DNA of 64,000 bases from the human T2T-CHM13v2.0 reference genome, Homo sapiens. The stretch lies in NCBI RefSeq assembly GCF_009914755.1, contig NC_060934.1; one strand, written 5' to 3'. The position numbers were made by a program, and so were the translations under genes. This document shows positions 13,246 through 27,989 of the stretch, piece after piece (position 1 is the first letter of the stretch; the number at the start of each line of letters is the position of its first letter). The notes below the pieces were generated by a model. It ran no database searches and was not told the DNA's origin. It saw only the letters and a list, made by a program, of their open reading frames with translations.

Positions 13246-15874
13246 CACTAAAGACATCTCTACTAACTGGTTGAGTTGGCATGAGGCATGAAACTATTTC
13301 CTACTACTATAATCAAACCTTCCCATAGAGTGTGCTATAATAGGCTGCACATGTGAGGTATACTGAGTTATTGGTTCCTCTGCCCATCAGAGTAGCTGGA
13401 GCTCTGGGCCAGTGGCCTTTCTCTAGAAGCAGATTTGTACATTTACTCTATGTGTTGATAAATATTTTCATATTCTACATGTGTGATGATAATTTTAAAA
13501 AGTTTGGAATGTATTGAGTTAGATAGTACCCAACACAGCATATCACATTTAAGCTAATCTGTTGACTCTCACGTAGTAATTGCAAGGTAATGTATTTTGT
13601 CTCAAATCCCTTTCAGAACATTTCATGTTAAAACATTTTTTATGCTCCATTAAGCAGATACATATTTTACCAAAGCATACTCATTTAAAATATGGCATTT
13701 CCCTAGAACTTGAAGTGAAACTAGAAGATTGGGTATATTTACAGTAGGTTGGGTATTATGACATGTTGGTGTCTGAACAGAAAGTTTATATTTCTAGCAA
13801 CAATATGTTTCAGACCAATCACTTATCTCTGCATCATTTATTTAAGATGAGTGAAATAAAGATTTTGGAATAAATTGTTGTTTGTACATTCACATCTGCC
13901 TGGAAAATAATTGTCTTGACTTCAACTTGATATTTATTTTCTGTAAATCCCAATATTAAATATTTATTTATCAACAGGAGAATTTTTGTATGTCACCTCA
14001 TTCTTTCTTGCAGATTATGAAGCTGTAAATCAATTAAGGTGTGCTCTTGATAATTGTCTTGGGCCAGGATAATTATGGAATATAAATGAAAGTTGAATTT
14101 TGTTAAAGGCAGAACATTTATATTGTACGCCAGCTACATTAATGAATTATAGGAGGATTTCACATTCTCAGAGAAATTTATAAATAACTCTTAGTGTTGC
14201 TGAATATCAGAGAATACTTGTATTTCTTCAAAATCTAATCATTAAAGATGCGTATAGTGAAAATATTGCTTTCAAAATGCTATTGTGCTGTATGTATACC
14301 CTTAGTAAAATAACCTCATGATGAAATTAGTTCAATTACATAAATGCTTAATTATGACTTTGTTACCATTACATAGTCTTATCTAATTAAACTCAACATC
14401 AGAGAGTGTTTATTGCCAATTTTATAATTTTACAACATAGGTATAATTTACAACAAGGCATTAATAAACTTTTCTAATAGTGAAGAATATTTTTCTTTCT
14501 ATGCGTACTATTCTTTTGAAGGCATTAAGCATTATTTTCATTGTGATGAGTATGAAAAATTATAAAATTAAGAAACTAATAAGCACATAGGACTTCATTT
14601 CTCTTTTCCTGATTCTGACCTTTCCATTCCTGAATCTGCCTTATATTAGAAAAAAATGTAATTATGTAATTTCATTTAGAGTATTGCTGAAAGATCTTTT
14701 CAATTAAGTCTATACATATATTTTTAATGGCATTAAAACTACAATTAAAGTAATGTACATGCTTGGATACACCCTCTCACTACCTCTGGACTGGCACTCA
14801 GGTCAGAGTACTCAGGAATGGTTTGGTATAACTTGTGCTAAGGGAAAATATCTGATTTCCAGTGATTGAATGTTTGACTAAAATTTATTTGTAAGCATTT
14901 CTTCTGTTCTTTCTGTATTACTTTATTTGAATTTCTTAAAATATATAATAAGCATTATTTTTTAAATAAAGGCATTTTTATAAGAATATGGAACATAAAT
15001 ATATAGATTAAATAAGATCAGTATTGTATTGGAATTTTTCAATATTGAAATGTGTATATTATTTCATTCTCAGTCGTATGTATCATTATCCCAGGGATTT
15101 TTCTTGAGTCACATGATCATTCAAGTGTGAGCTTATGTTCTGTTAATCTTTGTAGAGAACCTACAGGATTTAAGTAAAATAATTGTTGACTGATATGTTG
15201 TATTCATATGAAAACATCATCGCTTATTTTTGCTTATGAGATATATTAATTTAAACATTCTAAATATAAAAATTTGTGTAATAAATTTCATTATTCATTT
15301 AAATATGAAGTAATTTTCTGAGATATAATTTACGTAATATTAGAAAGTTAAAATAAGCATTCTCATTTAAATAATCAAATCACAGAATGGTATATAGATC
15401 ATATGGGACTGCATTTGAAACCATAGATATATATGTCAATCTGTAATTTAAAGAGGCATTAGCATTTGCCATCCCTGGAAAGAATGAAAGAAATATTGCC
15501 AAACATAATTATTTTGAAGGCCAGCATAATTATAACATCAGATAGGAATGATGAATATTTTAAAGTATCTACTATTAGCTTAAAGCTTTCTGTAATAGAA
15601 AGCTTAAAAGAAACAAATGAAATACCTCAGATAATTTCTGGATTTTCTAATTGATGGTGAGATTTCTACTTTATCAATTTACCAATGGAGAAGTTGCTGG
15701 TAAATTGATGTATTTATTTCTGCCCATGAGGTACACTAATTTAAAACATCTTCACTTTTGTAATGGAGTGAATCTTAATGTTTTTCTTCTTAGACATATA
15801 AAATACCACAAATTCTGTTAATTCTTCAAAGAACTTGGTGTCAGTTCAGGCAAGAAGTGTTTGAATACTTAGTC

Positions 15875-16810
15875 TGTGCATTCATTCAGTGTTCCTGAAA
15901 ACTTTCTTTATACTACCAGGAAATGTGCTTTGATACAGGTTTACAAAGATGGAGTAAAACATGGCATTTTTCCTTAAGGAACTCTCTATCCCCAAAATCT
16001 CAGTCTAATGGGGAAGACAGACAATTACTTTAGAGTTTCATGATGGAGGTATATAAAATGGTGTCATTAAAGCGTACTTAACCAACTCTAGAGATTTTAT
16101 TGAGGGATGAAGAATAGGATGAGCTCAGAGGAGACTTCCTGTAGAAAACCATACACCATACACTTGTGTTCAATGTTTAATTCATTAAGTAGCCTAAAAG
16201 GTACAGAGCAGAGGAAAAATCATTCTAGGCAGAGAAGTAGAATGCACAGAGGTTTAAGGACATGTAATGTTCCTTGAGAGTTTCAAGAATTTCAACATTT
16301 CTGAATATTGAGACTATAAAGGCAGGTGGAAGTACCTTGGAGAGGGAAGTAGCGGAATAGTGCATGAAGGACCTTATGTTCCATGCTAAATAATTGGGTT
16401 TTATTTAAAAGGCATATCTGTAGCCATCAGAAAATTTAAGCAGGCAAAGGATGTGGTTGGATGTGTATTTAATAAAAATCACTCTGAAACAGTGTAGAGA
16501 AGAGATGGAAGGAGGGGAGAGGAATAAAGGTGGTGTGATTGATCAGGAGAGAAATGACAAAGGCATGATCCTAGGCCAGGGCAGTGGAAAATGGAAATAC
16601 ACAGATGGATTGGAGAAAGACTTAGGAATTTAAATCAACTGGCCATGGTGAATGAGTTAAATGTGGGGGAAGCGAGGGAAAAAGGAAGGAGTCTAGGAAA
16701 CTGCCCAGCTTGGGTAACTGTCGGAGGTGATATAGACTGTGAATTGGAAAATCAGAGAATTAGCAAAATTGGGGATGGAGCTGAACAGAGACAAGAGGGG
16801 GAATTCTAGA
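15875..16810 (-). mobile_element. L2 fragment
   Basis: cattcattcagt 3' end and purine-rich L2 body (atgaaggaccttatgttccatgctaa, aaaaatcactctg). Confidence 0.7.
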
Positions 16811-19800
16811 TGAGTACCCTCTTCTGATAATGTTATGAAAATGATATGCAGAGTGAATACTGAATTGTAAGAATTCTAATATTTGAATTGAAAAGACATA
16901 AAGTAATCAAGATCTAAGATCTCTGTCCTCTAAGAACTTGAGAGGGTAACAAAAAGTTAACAAACATACACAAAAATTTAGTTACATTTTATTTAAAAAA
17001 GAAAATTTAAAGTATGGTTTCATTTGTATCTTACCCTTGACTTCACGTATAAATTCCTTGGGTTTTGGGTTTTGTCTGTCATCACTTACGCATGGCCTGT
17101 ATATACCAGTGACTAGTAAATGACTCACTGGTGCTTAGGTAATGTTGTGGAAGGAAAATGGAATGGAGAATGTCTATCAGCTGAATTGTGTTGTATGGTT
17201 CTGCAGTGTAGGTGGTCAGAATTTAGAAAAACTTGGCAATATTGGAATAAGCAAGGACGACTTATACAAAGATGGGATTTGATTACTGAGTAGGAGGCAG
17301 GCAGCTTTCCAAGAGAAGAGAACAAAAGTGAAAGTAGCAACCAGCATGGTTGCCCATGGGACAGTAAGGATGAAGCGCCAACTAGAGCAGAGGGCATGAT
17401 GGAGCACTGAGATGGCTGGAGGTGGGGGAAAATAAGGCCTTCTTACAAAATGGCTTAAAAACCAGAAGAATTTAGCTTTGATGTGAGAACAATAAGAAGC
17501 ATGGTAGCATTGTTTGTGGCAAAGAGAAATAGTTTAATAGATAATATATTAAGAATAAATATTACTATTTTCTTAAATTTATCCAATTTTTTTTCATCTG
17601 TAGGATACTGAAAATATTCAGCCTTGGCATTTTGGGAGGCATATCTTCCCCTGTTCTGTCTATCATTACCTCTCTAAGAGGAAGATCTTCATAGCTTTAC
17701 AGTGCCCTGCCCAACCCACAGTTTCCCCCTAAAGATTCTTCTTTGTGCCAACATACTTAGAGAACACCCTACTTCAAGAAAAGCTATCTATTTCCCTTGA
17801 TGTGTCAAACATGTACTAGCTACCTGCATAAATAATATGGACTTCCTTGAAGATCCAGAAAGCCCAAAGGCCTGTATTAATATATTTATTAAGTTCCTAG
17901 GACATGAACCTTAAGGTGTGAATTCTGCTGAGGATATCAAGGATAAACTAGACTTTTTCTGTTATAATGAGTGCATATAAAGAGGGATTTTGTTGAATAA
18001 GTGAAGCTAGAACACTGGATAAATTTGTTTTCTAATTTAAATGTGCTTAGGGCATTTTCCCAGGTTTGGTTTTTCCAATGAATAATTTTATTGCTCTATT
18101 TGTATTTATAATATTTATTGGGTCTTTTTCTTTTACGGACTGATTGTTTTCAAATTCTTTCAAACTAAATCTTGCAATATGACTTTCAATCTATGAATAT
18201 TCAGCTTTAGTGTAAACATTTTGATATTGACACATTGCGATTGCACCTTTCTTAGTTTAGTTTTTTCTTTGCTTGAGAAAATTGATACCAACCGTACTTC
18301 TCAGTCTCTGAGTTGTTTCCAGCCATAACTAGTAATCCCATCATTGCCTTAAATGCATTTACCCATGTGTTTGATGTGCTCCAGGTCAACATAACTTTAA
18401 ATGCATTGTTTATCATAGACAAGAATTTTGGTTATCAATTGCGGTCCATTATGGCCATTCTGTTTAACTGCTGTTTTTTTTTTAATAAAGTATGTTTTAC
18501 TTTGTGACTGCTTTGTAGCTAGAAAACAATCAGCATTCTAAATAAAACTTCCATAAGGGAAAATGGAAAGTACCAAAATCAAAGAAACAAACCTATGCAG
18601 GGGAGATAAAAGGACAGATCCAGCCCTTGAACTCAAAGATCTTATCATCTAGCTCATCTGGCTTACCATCATTTTTTCACCCTGAACTATGTTCTAAGAG
18701 ATAATAGAAAATGGAATGAGAAATTTCTATATGAAACAAACAACATTATGTGCATACTTATATAGTCTGACTTACGCATAATTATGAAGAGAGAAAGGAG
18801 AAAAATATTTTATAGATTCAATAAAGATATATCATTATATTTAAATTCCACAGAAATCACATTACAATTGAATTTTAATTTTGAAACAAAGATGTGTTTA
18901 ATTTACAGACTGTTAACTAGAAAGGTAGAGAATGAAAATATGTTTGTGAATTATAATGTTAAGTATTACTACTCTGGAAAGCAACCTAGATGTATTTAGA
19001 AGCATTTTCAATACTAAGGGATTGAAGAAAAAAATGTTTTTTTATTTCTCAGTTACCTTACAAAGAAAATCACAGCAACGTGAAAGACTTCTTCCCTGAA
19101 CAACTCAAGATAATTAGTGTTTCATTGCATTCTCTTTCATACTTCCCCCAACAAACTATTTTCCAAGTTTAAAAAAAAGTCAATGAACAAATGTCTGTGA
19201 TGGCTTTTTCTTAAGGCAATGCAATTCTGACCTTAAACGCTTTAGCTTTACTCCTTACAGGGGCTTTTGTAAATAGCAATGTTCACATTGTGCATTGTTA
19301 GGAAATAAGGTGTTATAGGTGCCCAAATCAAGTGACCCAATGTGAATTGGTTGATTTTTACTAGATTTTCAATGATGATCAGGAATTAAAATTTCTTTAT
19401 AAAAGACGTCTTGTTCCTCCAGTGTTGTCAGAGTTAAGTCATTTAGTAATGTGATAAATATCCTCTGTTTTCTCTTCTGATTTCTCCTCTTCCTTTCACC
19501 GTCCATCTGCTTGGCCATTTTGTCCCTAATGTACTGAAGTTTAAACCTAGGAGATACTTTTTAGGGCCCCACCATCTCCATCCCTAACTGCAATTAATCT
19601 TATCAGTTTCCTCATGGATTAATGTGTTCTTTTGGGGTGTCTTACATCTTTCTTGTTCTATTATTTCTGCCTTTGTCTATAGCAGTGACCTACTGATTTT
19701 CATTCTGTCAGTTTCCCCTCCAATACAATCTATAATGCTGTCAGATTCATTTTAATGAAGAATCGCATAGGTCAGATGAAAGGTTCCCCACTGCCTACAA

Positions 19801-19864
19801 ATAAAATACTACTAACTTGGCTTTCAGGCTCTTCCATGCTCCCATGCCATAAACTTTTGCAACC

Positions 19865-20004
19865 TTCAATGTAGTGATTTCTGTGGTATAAATATCTACA
19901 CTGTAATTGATTTCAAGCAATCAGTGACTGAAGATCCAACTCAGAAAATTTCTGGATTTGTAACAGTTGCTCATGGGGCTGCTCCAGTCTCCAGCACACA
20001 CATC
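19865..20004 (-). mobile_element. MER63-like hAT DNA transposon fragment
   Basis: Reverse strand reads gtgtgctggagactggag...gcttgaaatc...tatttataccacagaaatc, like MER63. Confidence 0.65.
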
Positions 20005-20489
20005 AGCCTGAGTTACTCTACACTCTTCAACCACTTTACCCCACCCCCTAGGCAAGCTGAACTCTTTTCTATTCTTGGAGAAAATGATTTCTAATCATTT
20101 CTGTCTTCTCTGAAGGTAATTGTTTACTATACAACAACTGGTCTTCTAATCCTTGATTTTTCTCTGTTGGAAGTACTTCTTAATTAACACCAATACGTTA
20201 CAGCTTCTGATTTTTTGTGGGTCATTTAATTGATTTTGCTACAGTCTCTCAGACTTCCTCAGTCCTGATATTGCATTTCATGTAAATATCCATTGTCTCC
20301 TTTCAGAACATGGCTATGGTAGAATGGTAGTAACCATGAGTTTAATGCTGTATGGTCACTGTTAGTAGAGTTTTAATAATTTCACTTGTGATTTTTTATA
20401 ACTGGAGTCATATGGAACAATGAAGCTACTCTAAGCCTGGTTCATGTGTGATCCCACGTCTTCTTGCTTCCCCCATCTCTAGGACTGGT

Positions 20490-21157
20490 TCTGAATCACC
20501 CATAGCCCTGTTCCAGCCTGGCCTCCCCATCCTGATCCTACCTGCTGCCCACTGCGCACAGCAAGAGCCTGGGCATGGGCATGCAAATTCTGTGGTATCT
20601 CCAGTCAGATAATAGTGGCTACTGTCCCAGCCCCAAGCTGTCAGTGCTGTGACACATTTGGTGGGAGAATCATCAGGAAAGATCCTCTTGCCCACCATTT
20701 CATTTCATACAAATACATAGTCCATCCCAGCAAAAAGGTTGCAATATACGCTTCCACCATGGATTGCTACAGTTCAGTGGGCCTGTGGGAAGAGGAGTTA
20801 CCTGACTTGACTTCCCCCAACTCTGGCTGGAGTGCACAGCATGTAGGTCCAACACCTGGAGGGAGGGGGAAACACCGCAGGCACATGTGGCTTATACATG
20901 TGCAGAGTCTTGCTGCAGGGGGTGGATGGTGCAGGTGCCTATAGGGCTTGGCAGTTGCCTCGGAGCATCCCTGTGCTTGAAAGAGTAAAACATTACATAG
21001 CAAATACAAAATATCACAACAAGTAGAGGGAGGAAGAAAGGATAAAAGTTGTATTTGTTAGTACCCTTAATGGACTTTTTCTTTTCCATTTTAAACAAAG
21101 AGCCCTGCATTTTCATTTTGCACTAAGCTCTGCTAATTACGTAGCTAATCAATCCTG
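20490..21157 (+). mobile_element. MER45B/C-like hAT-Tip100 element
   Basis: The 3' terminus aaacaaagagccctgcattttcattttgcactaagctctgctaattacgtagc matches MER45; locally GC-rich body; 5' boundary uncertain. Confidence 0.65.
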
Positions 21158-21274
21158 GCCCATTCTTCATTTGTTTTGCGTACTTCATCTCCGCCTCTCC
21201 TCTGCACCTGAAGTCTAGATTCATTTCACAAATGCAGTACTTTGCACAGAACATTAGGAAACTTTACCTAAAGG

Positions 21275-21490
21275 CAATCAGGACTATCAGATTCACATCC
21301 CAGTTCTGCAATTTCTTAGCTGTCGTATGACTTGTGGCAACTTACTGTATTTTTTTGCCTTAGTTTCCCCATCTATAGCATCAGAATTTTTTATTGCTTC
21401 ATAGATTTTTTGTGGAATTAAGTGAGACAACTTATGTAAAGTGCTTAGTCCAGTATCTGGCATATAAGAAATATTAAAATGGTAGCAGTT
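21275..21490 (+). mobile_element. MIR
   Basis: gccttagtttccccatctatag...attaagtgagacaacttatgtaaagtgcttagtccagtatctggcatataag. Confidence 0.75.
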
Positions 21491-22595
21491 CTTTAATTCT
21501 TATTAACGTGATGACTATTAGTTTTTGGTGGAGTGAGAGACTTTTGGCTCTGTGCATTCAGTTCAATAAACTGAATTTGGTTAAATTCAATAAGGCATTC
21601 TTCCCTTGTGGCAAAGATAAATTAACTACAAGACTTATAATTTTTTCAATTTTTCTTAAAACCTTTAAAAAATTTCTTTTAGCATCATTAAATAACTATA
21701 TAGTTTTTTCCTCCATATTGTTATGATGCTTACCACGTGCTTACTGGTAAATCCTTATATGCTGTAAATTATTTATAAGCAAGTAGCATTTTTATTTGTC
21801 TCATTAATCATTGTATTCCTCACAGCAACTCTTGCACAGCAGATACTCAATGTATGTATATAGAATTAATAAGTGTCCTTTTTGTACTAGGTAAACCATA
21901 TGAAATTATTGAGTTTGGGATGGCTGAATATTAGCAATTTCATAGGGTACCTATTTTCTTAGGTTCACAGCCTAGTTCTATGATTATTCATTGATTTTAG
22001 GAAATTAAAATAAATTGAAAAATAAAATTTTATATAAAATTTTCTTTACCGTAATGTTTGTATGACCTCTACTTCTCAAGCCTATATAGTTATATCTGCA
22101 CCATTTGTTTTAGGAAGATGCAGTAAAACACTGGCTAACTGGAATTCACATGTAATAATATCAAATACCTAATTATTTTAATTCTTCAGTATTAAGGATT
22201 TTGACTTGAAGAGATCCAGTCCTTCTTTCTGTCTTATTAAACATGATAAATATCATTCAAACTTAACTTGATGATTTGTGATGTTACAGGATTTCAAAAT
22301 AATAATTTTTGTTTTCATTATATAATGCCATATAGTTTAAGAAAACTATAATTATGGGATTCATGGGATTAATTTTAATCTTTATTTACCAAAGGATATA
22401 TTTCAGGGACTGCTTTTCTTGTTGATATTAAACTTGGACTCAGCCTCTACCCTAAAAACTGTAGTACAGTCAAAATTTAGTTATGTGAGAGTTGTAACTG
22501 GTAATTTTTCAGGTTAATTGAAGTTAATTTTTTATTTATCCACCTGTCTATCTAATCATCTATGTCTCTACATTCTTAGCTTGAATAATTTCTAA

Positions 22596-22913
<318 letters not shown>

Positions 22914-24499
22914 AAGAAACAGAATTTTTATAGCCAAAACATTAGAAATGTTTTCCGTAAGTATTGACCAATTTATGATCTTCATACTCTCATTTATTTG
23001 CATTTTTTTTAAAACAAGTCCTCTATCTTGTTTATACTTTATTGTACTAAATTTACCACCATTTTGAAGTAAAAGTCTACTTTCATTGTACCTTAATTTA
23101 TCTGTTTTAGCTACTTGATGGAAAATTAAGGCCCATAGCCAGTGTATGGAAAATTATTTGAGCCAAATTTAACAGCAACCTCAAATGGCAGGCAGGCATA
23201 TTCACTAAATCTTGATTACTGGGCATAGAGTGTAGTTTAGTGCTGCTGAGACCATTCCCAATCTTGCTGAGCTTCTCTGAGGGAATTTTTCTGAATATGA
23301 TTTGTTCTCCTTTTGCCATCAATCTGTGTGCTTATGAAATAACATAAAACTGTTGCCTTGTGCATCTTCAGCAGACTGCTCTGTTTCATTAAAAATACAT
23401 GGATGTTCAAATTTTTTTGAAGATGCCTTTGCAGAAAACGTAAAAGTTAGATAATTTATACAAGAGAGCATGAAAGCCGAGAAGTAGTAGTACAGATAAC
23501 ATCAAAATATCATGCAACTGTGAAGTGATTTTAATATTTTCACCATTTTTTTGTAAATTCATTATCTGCAAATCCAATATGTTGTTGATGCATACTGTAC
23601 GTTCACTTGAATTTGAAATGTTCGTGCTTTTTTTAAAGCACGAATATGCCAAAGCTTAAGAGCATCTAAATAAAGCTTTGCCGGTACCTTAGCCCATTTC
23701 CTAAAAGAAAAAGAAGAAGACACCTGAGTTAAGATAATCACAAACTATAGCAAGTTGTGGTAAAATATATGTACCTTAAATGGTAGAATATGTAGTGAAA
23801 TAGAGTTGTTTATGTTTGTTTGTTTTTCTCCCTAGAAAATGTAAATACAGACTTCTATCACTTACCAGCTGTTTGGGAATAATTATGTAATTTCTCTGAG
23901 CTTTAATTTTCCCACTGTAAAATGAGGTTAATAATATTTACTTCACATTCCTATTGGGAAGATTGTGTGAAATTAGTTAGGTAATTAAATAATTAATTTG
24001 AGCCCCTACTGTGTTCCAGACACTTCCTGGATTCTGGGGAGAGGGCAGGGCCAGAATCTCTGCTCTCATAAGCCACTAGACCTTACAAATGAGATATTTC
24101 AAAAGTGGTAATTATCATAATAATCATCCTTTTCCTCTTACTTAACACTTCCACTCTGTGGAAGCCTGCTTGATTAGAAGAAAACAACATAAAGTAGTAG
24201 TACCTTTTTCCATTAAATTCAACTCTATCTTTCAAATGTAGCTTTAGGAATACTAGAAATACCAAACACACCTGAATTAGGTAAGTGTTGAATGCATTTG
24301 TGAGATAGAGAAACTGCTTCATAGTGGACAAATGCGCTTTATTAGACCATACAGCTGGTAACTGGTGAATGTGAGAAATGCTTTAAGCTTTAATGAAAAA
24401 AAAAAATACTGCACATGAGAATCTTAATAGACCAAACAGATAAATTTGTATTTTCAAATAATTGTTTTAAAAAAAAAACCACCCCAGATTCCCTTCATA

Positions 24500-24655
24500 T
24501 TAATTAATTGATTGATTGGTTGGTTGGTTGGCTGATTTTAGAGACAGGGTCTCGCTATGCTGCCTGGGCTGGTCTTGAACTCCTGAGCTCAGGAGATTCT
24601 CCAGCTTCAGCCTCCCAAGTAGCTGAGATACAGACACTTGACACCATCCCTGGCT
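24500..24655 (-). mobile_element. Alu monomer (FLAM-like) with (TTGG/TTGA)n tail
   Basis: gagacagggtctcgctatgctgcctgggctggtcttgaactcctgagctcagg; single monomer. Confidence 0.85.
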
Positions 24656-25307
24656 CAGATTCTCTTTAAATAGAAAGCTCACCTAATGAAATTTTTAAAA
24701 AATGTTTTGATTGACAAAGTATCTTTCGACTTTCCATGGACATTTAAATATGTTTATTTAAAAAATAATGTGATCAAATTTAGTTAATTCTGAAGTAATA
24801 CTTAAAGCAAAAAGGGAAAATAACCCAACCATATGTGCAAGGATATCATGTTTCACAACTCTGGGGGGAAACATCGTTTTGTATTTTGTAAGAATGGTGC
24901 CACCTGGAGTTCTTCAAGTCGTTGTGGCCAAGCATACGTATCCAGTACAAATTTTTGGAATAGGTAAGTGTTATCTAGAGAGTTATTCTGTCTTTCTTTT
25001 TCTCCTCCTCCTTTATTCCTTTCTTTTCTTTCTTTCTTTTTTTTTTTTCTTTTTCAGAGCACATGCCGTCAATGACACAGCACCCTTTACCTTTGGTTTG
25101 GGCTTAGAACATGGGATTTGTAAACTTTTCTGTTTTCCCTTTAAGGAAGGGGAAAGGAACTACCTTTTCCCTTTAAAAACAGCACTTTCTCTGTCTCTTT
25201 TCCTAAAGAGAGCTAATTAATAAATAAACTTGCCACAAGTTGTTAATACATTTGCCCTCCCCACATCCATGAACACATTTATGTGCATAGATATGTATAT
25301 TTGTGTT

Positions 25308-25330
25308 ACACACACACACACACACACACA
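25308..25330. repeat. (CA)n microsatellite
   Basis: Directly visible. Confidence 0.95.
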
Positions 25331-25699
25331 GAGTGTAATATAGCTCACACAAAGTGACAAATCTCAAAGGGAAGCATTTTAAATAGTGGAAAGGGGGAAG
25401 TAGAGGAAATATTTTGGTTTATGGACCTTTCTGTTTCTCAAATCAGACTACAGAGGTAGCTGCTTAATCTACCTGTTTATAAAAGAAAAACCCTTGCTGT
25501 CATAGTCTGTAGGATGGAAATGTGTAGTGTAGTATCTTACACACATATCTCAATTTTCCTACGGTAGGTCTTTTGGTATTTGTGGGGTTTATATTTGTTT
25601 TTGTTTGTTTGCTTGCTTTTTAATATCTATATAAGGCCTTAGGCAAATCATGCTTACTTTCATTTCATTCAGAATAGCCAGCCAGTTACGTTGTTCAGC

Positions 25700-26139
25700 A
25701 AACGTTGTCAGTGTTCCAGCAATATTTCTTTTTCTTACCATTTGAGACTCCCAGCTGCCAGCACCTGCAAGTGTTTGCTTGAGGGCCTCTTGCCACCAGA
25801 GCATGGTTTGTGCCTCCATGTGGCAAGCTGGAAGTGCCAAGAAATTAATGAATCTGGGAGCACCACTCACCCAGAGACCAGCGAGAACTTGTGTATGATA
25901 TACCCAGTTCCCTTGCACCGGGGTGGGATAACTCTAGGGCCTGGGTTTTACCTGGGTTCCTAATATTACCCAGCAGAATCAAGCTCCAGTTCCCCACAAT
26001 GGAAATTTGCCTAGTAATGAAAACTCCATTGACTACCTTTCCTTCCCTACCAATGGTTATTGAGATCAGCTCACAGATAAACTGTTCACACTCAAATCCT
26101 TGGCTCAGATCTGCTTCTGGGAGAACCCCACATAAAACA
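25700..26139 (+). mobile_element. LTR16-family ERVL LTR
   Basis: ggcaagctggaagtgccaagaaattaa, aagctccagttccccaca, 3' end cactcaaatccttggctcagatctgcttctgggagaaccccacataaaaca. Confidence 0.75.
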
Positions 26140-27291
26140 AAACACTCTGGCAGAGTGTCCCTTTTTGTGTGTGAATTTAGGTCCTTTCTTAGGATTGTCT
26201 TTCTCCCCCCATGCACCCTCCCATGTTGCGCAAACTGGTGTTGAATTCCTGAGCTCAAGCAATCCTCCTGTGTATCTGTGACTACAGGTGGTGCACTACC
26301 ACCTGTACCCAGCTTTCCAGATTATCTTTCTTTTCAGGAGGTTCAGCCTGCCATGAATACTAACATCATCTGATTAACTGTTTTATGATCCAAGCTAGAT
26401 TCTCACCTAAACAACTTTAAACAACCCGATAAGCTTTATTTTCAGATTTTTTTTGGTAGGATTTCTATACTTTCCCATCAAGTAAGTGCATGATGGTATC
26501 TAAAGAACTCTTATTGCCTTGCTTATCAGTGCAAACAGGTACAATTTGTTGAGCAGCATTTTTCTGACAAGAATTTGTATTTGATTACATATTTTATATT
26601 TTAAAGCAGTTTAGTTTTCAAAAGCTCATGCTTCCAAGTAAAATATGCATTTTTAAAAACCTCAAAATTCACTTCTTTATTACCCCAGCACTCAATCTCT
26701 GTAATCACTGGCCTATAACCACCGAACATCTTTCCATAATAGCATTTGCAACAGAAATGTAAAGAAGATTGAACCAATTTCAAAAAGATTACACCAAGAG
26801 GATTTTTCTTCTGAAAGATTTTTGCCCTATTCTTTAAGACATGCTGTTTCCTCAGGTTATACTCAACTAACTTTCCCATAAAGATAATTTGAAGTATATT
26901 CTCTTTTTTCCCAACTTCCCACCTCATGGTGGCAGCATCCAGATTAGAATTACTTTTTTAAATGAATGTGTCTCACAATTAGGCCAACTTAGCACACTCA
27001 GAAAGTAAGATGAAATTTCAGAAAGATACCACTACTACAATAGTTGAGGAATCAGTTAACACTGGAAATAAACTTATTGCCCATGTGTATGGATAAATTG
27101 TCCTAGAAATATGTATTTTTTACTTCTCAGGATAGCATATGACTAAGTTAACATAATTCAATTTTTAAAAAATATTTTTAACATGCTACCAAGTATGTAT
27201 TAGACATCATTAACCAGAAATGCATAAATAATGTTTAACAGTGTAATAAATAACATATATAATTTAAACATGTATATATAAATATAAAGCA

Positions 27292-27358
27292 ATATATATG
27301 TGTGTGTGTGCATGTATGTATATATGTGTGAATATATGTGTGTGTGTGTGTGTGTGTA
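27292..27358. repeat. (TA)/(TG)n compound microsatellite
   Basis: Directly visible. Confidence 0.9.
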
Positions 27359-27989
27359 TCCAGCACTGCTCACCATTAAAGTATGAACACTTTATTATTT
27401 CACAACTATTTTGATTGGCTCAATATACTATGTTGAACAGGGGGAAGTTTGCTTTGATGTGTCAGTAAGAAACCTCCTCTCAATATGTAAGTGGCAAATC
27501 TATACCAAATGGATAACATCAGTCTAGAAAGTGGACGTAAAAATATTCAGAGCAAATTAGCTGTCCCTACACCAGATAAAACTACTCATACAACCATTCT
27601 AAATGATTTTCCTTGGTGGATCACTAAGAAAAAAAGTCTTATAAGAAAGGACCCTATCCTTATACCATAGGTCTATGTAATCATCTTTCTAAGAGATGCC
27701 TAATTGCTTGAGGTCCTCCTTTTCTGAAACTACTCACCATCTAATTTTGTTACTCCCCAGAGTCTCACCAGAAGGAGAATACCAACAGTTTCTATTGAAG
27801 GATTTATTCCTGTCACAAGCCATTTTCCTTTCTTCCCATACTGACTAGAGCTGGCTATTTGGTGAATTCCAAATGAGCTTCCACCTAAGTAGCTGTCTCT
27901 CATAATGAGTTTCTGTCAAAGAGAAATCAACATACAGAGAGAACAGACACACACATATTTACTTTAATGCAGTGACAAAACAAAGCATT

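Noticed and set aside
14001-14045. Possible 25-nt microexon (ttctttcttgcag|...aag|gtgtgc)
   Set aside because: Weak donor, immediate stop in the incoming phase; such pairs are common by chance in long introns
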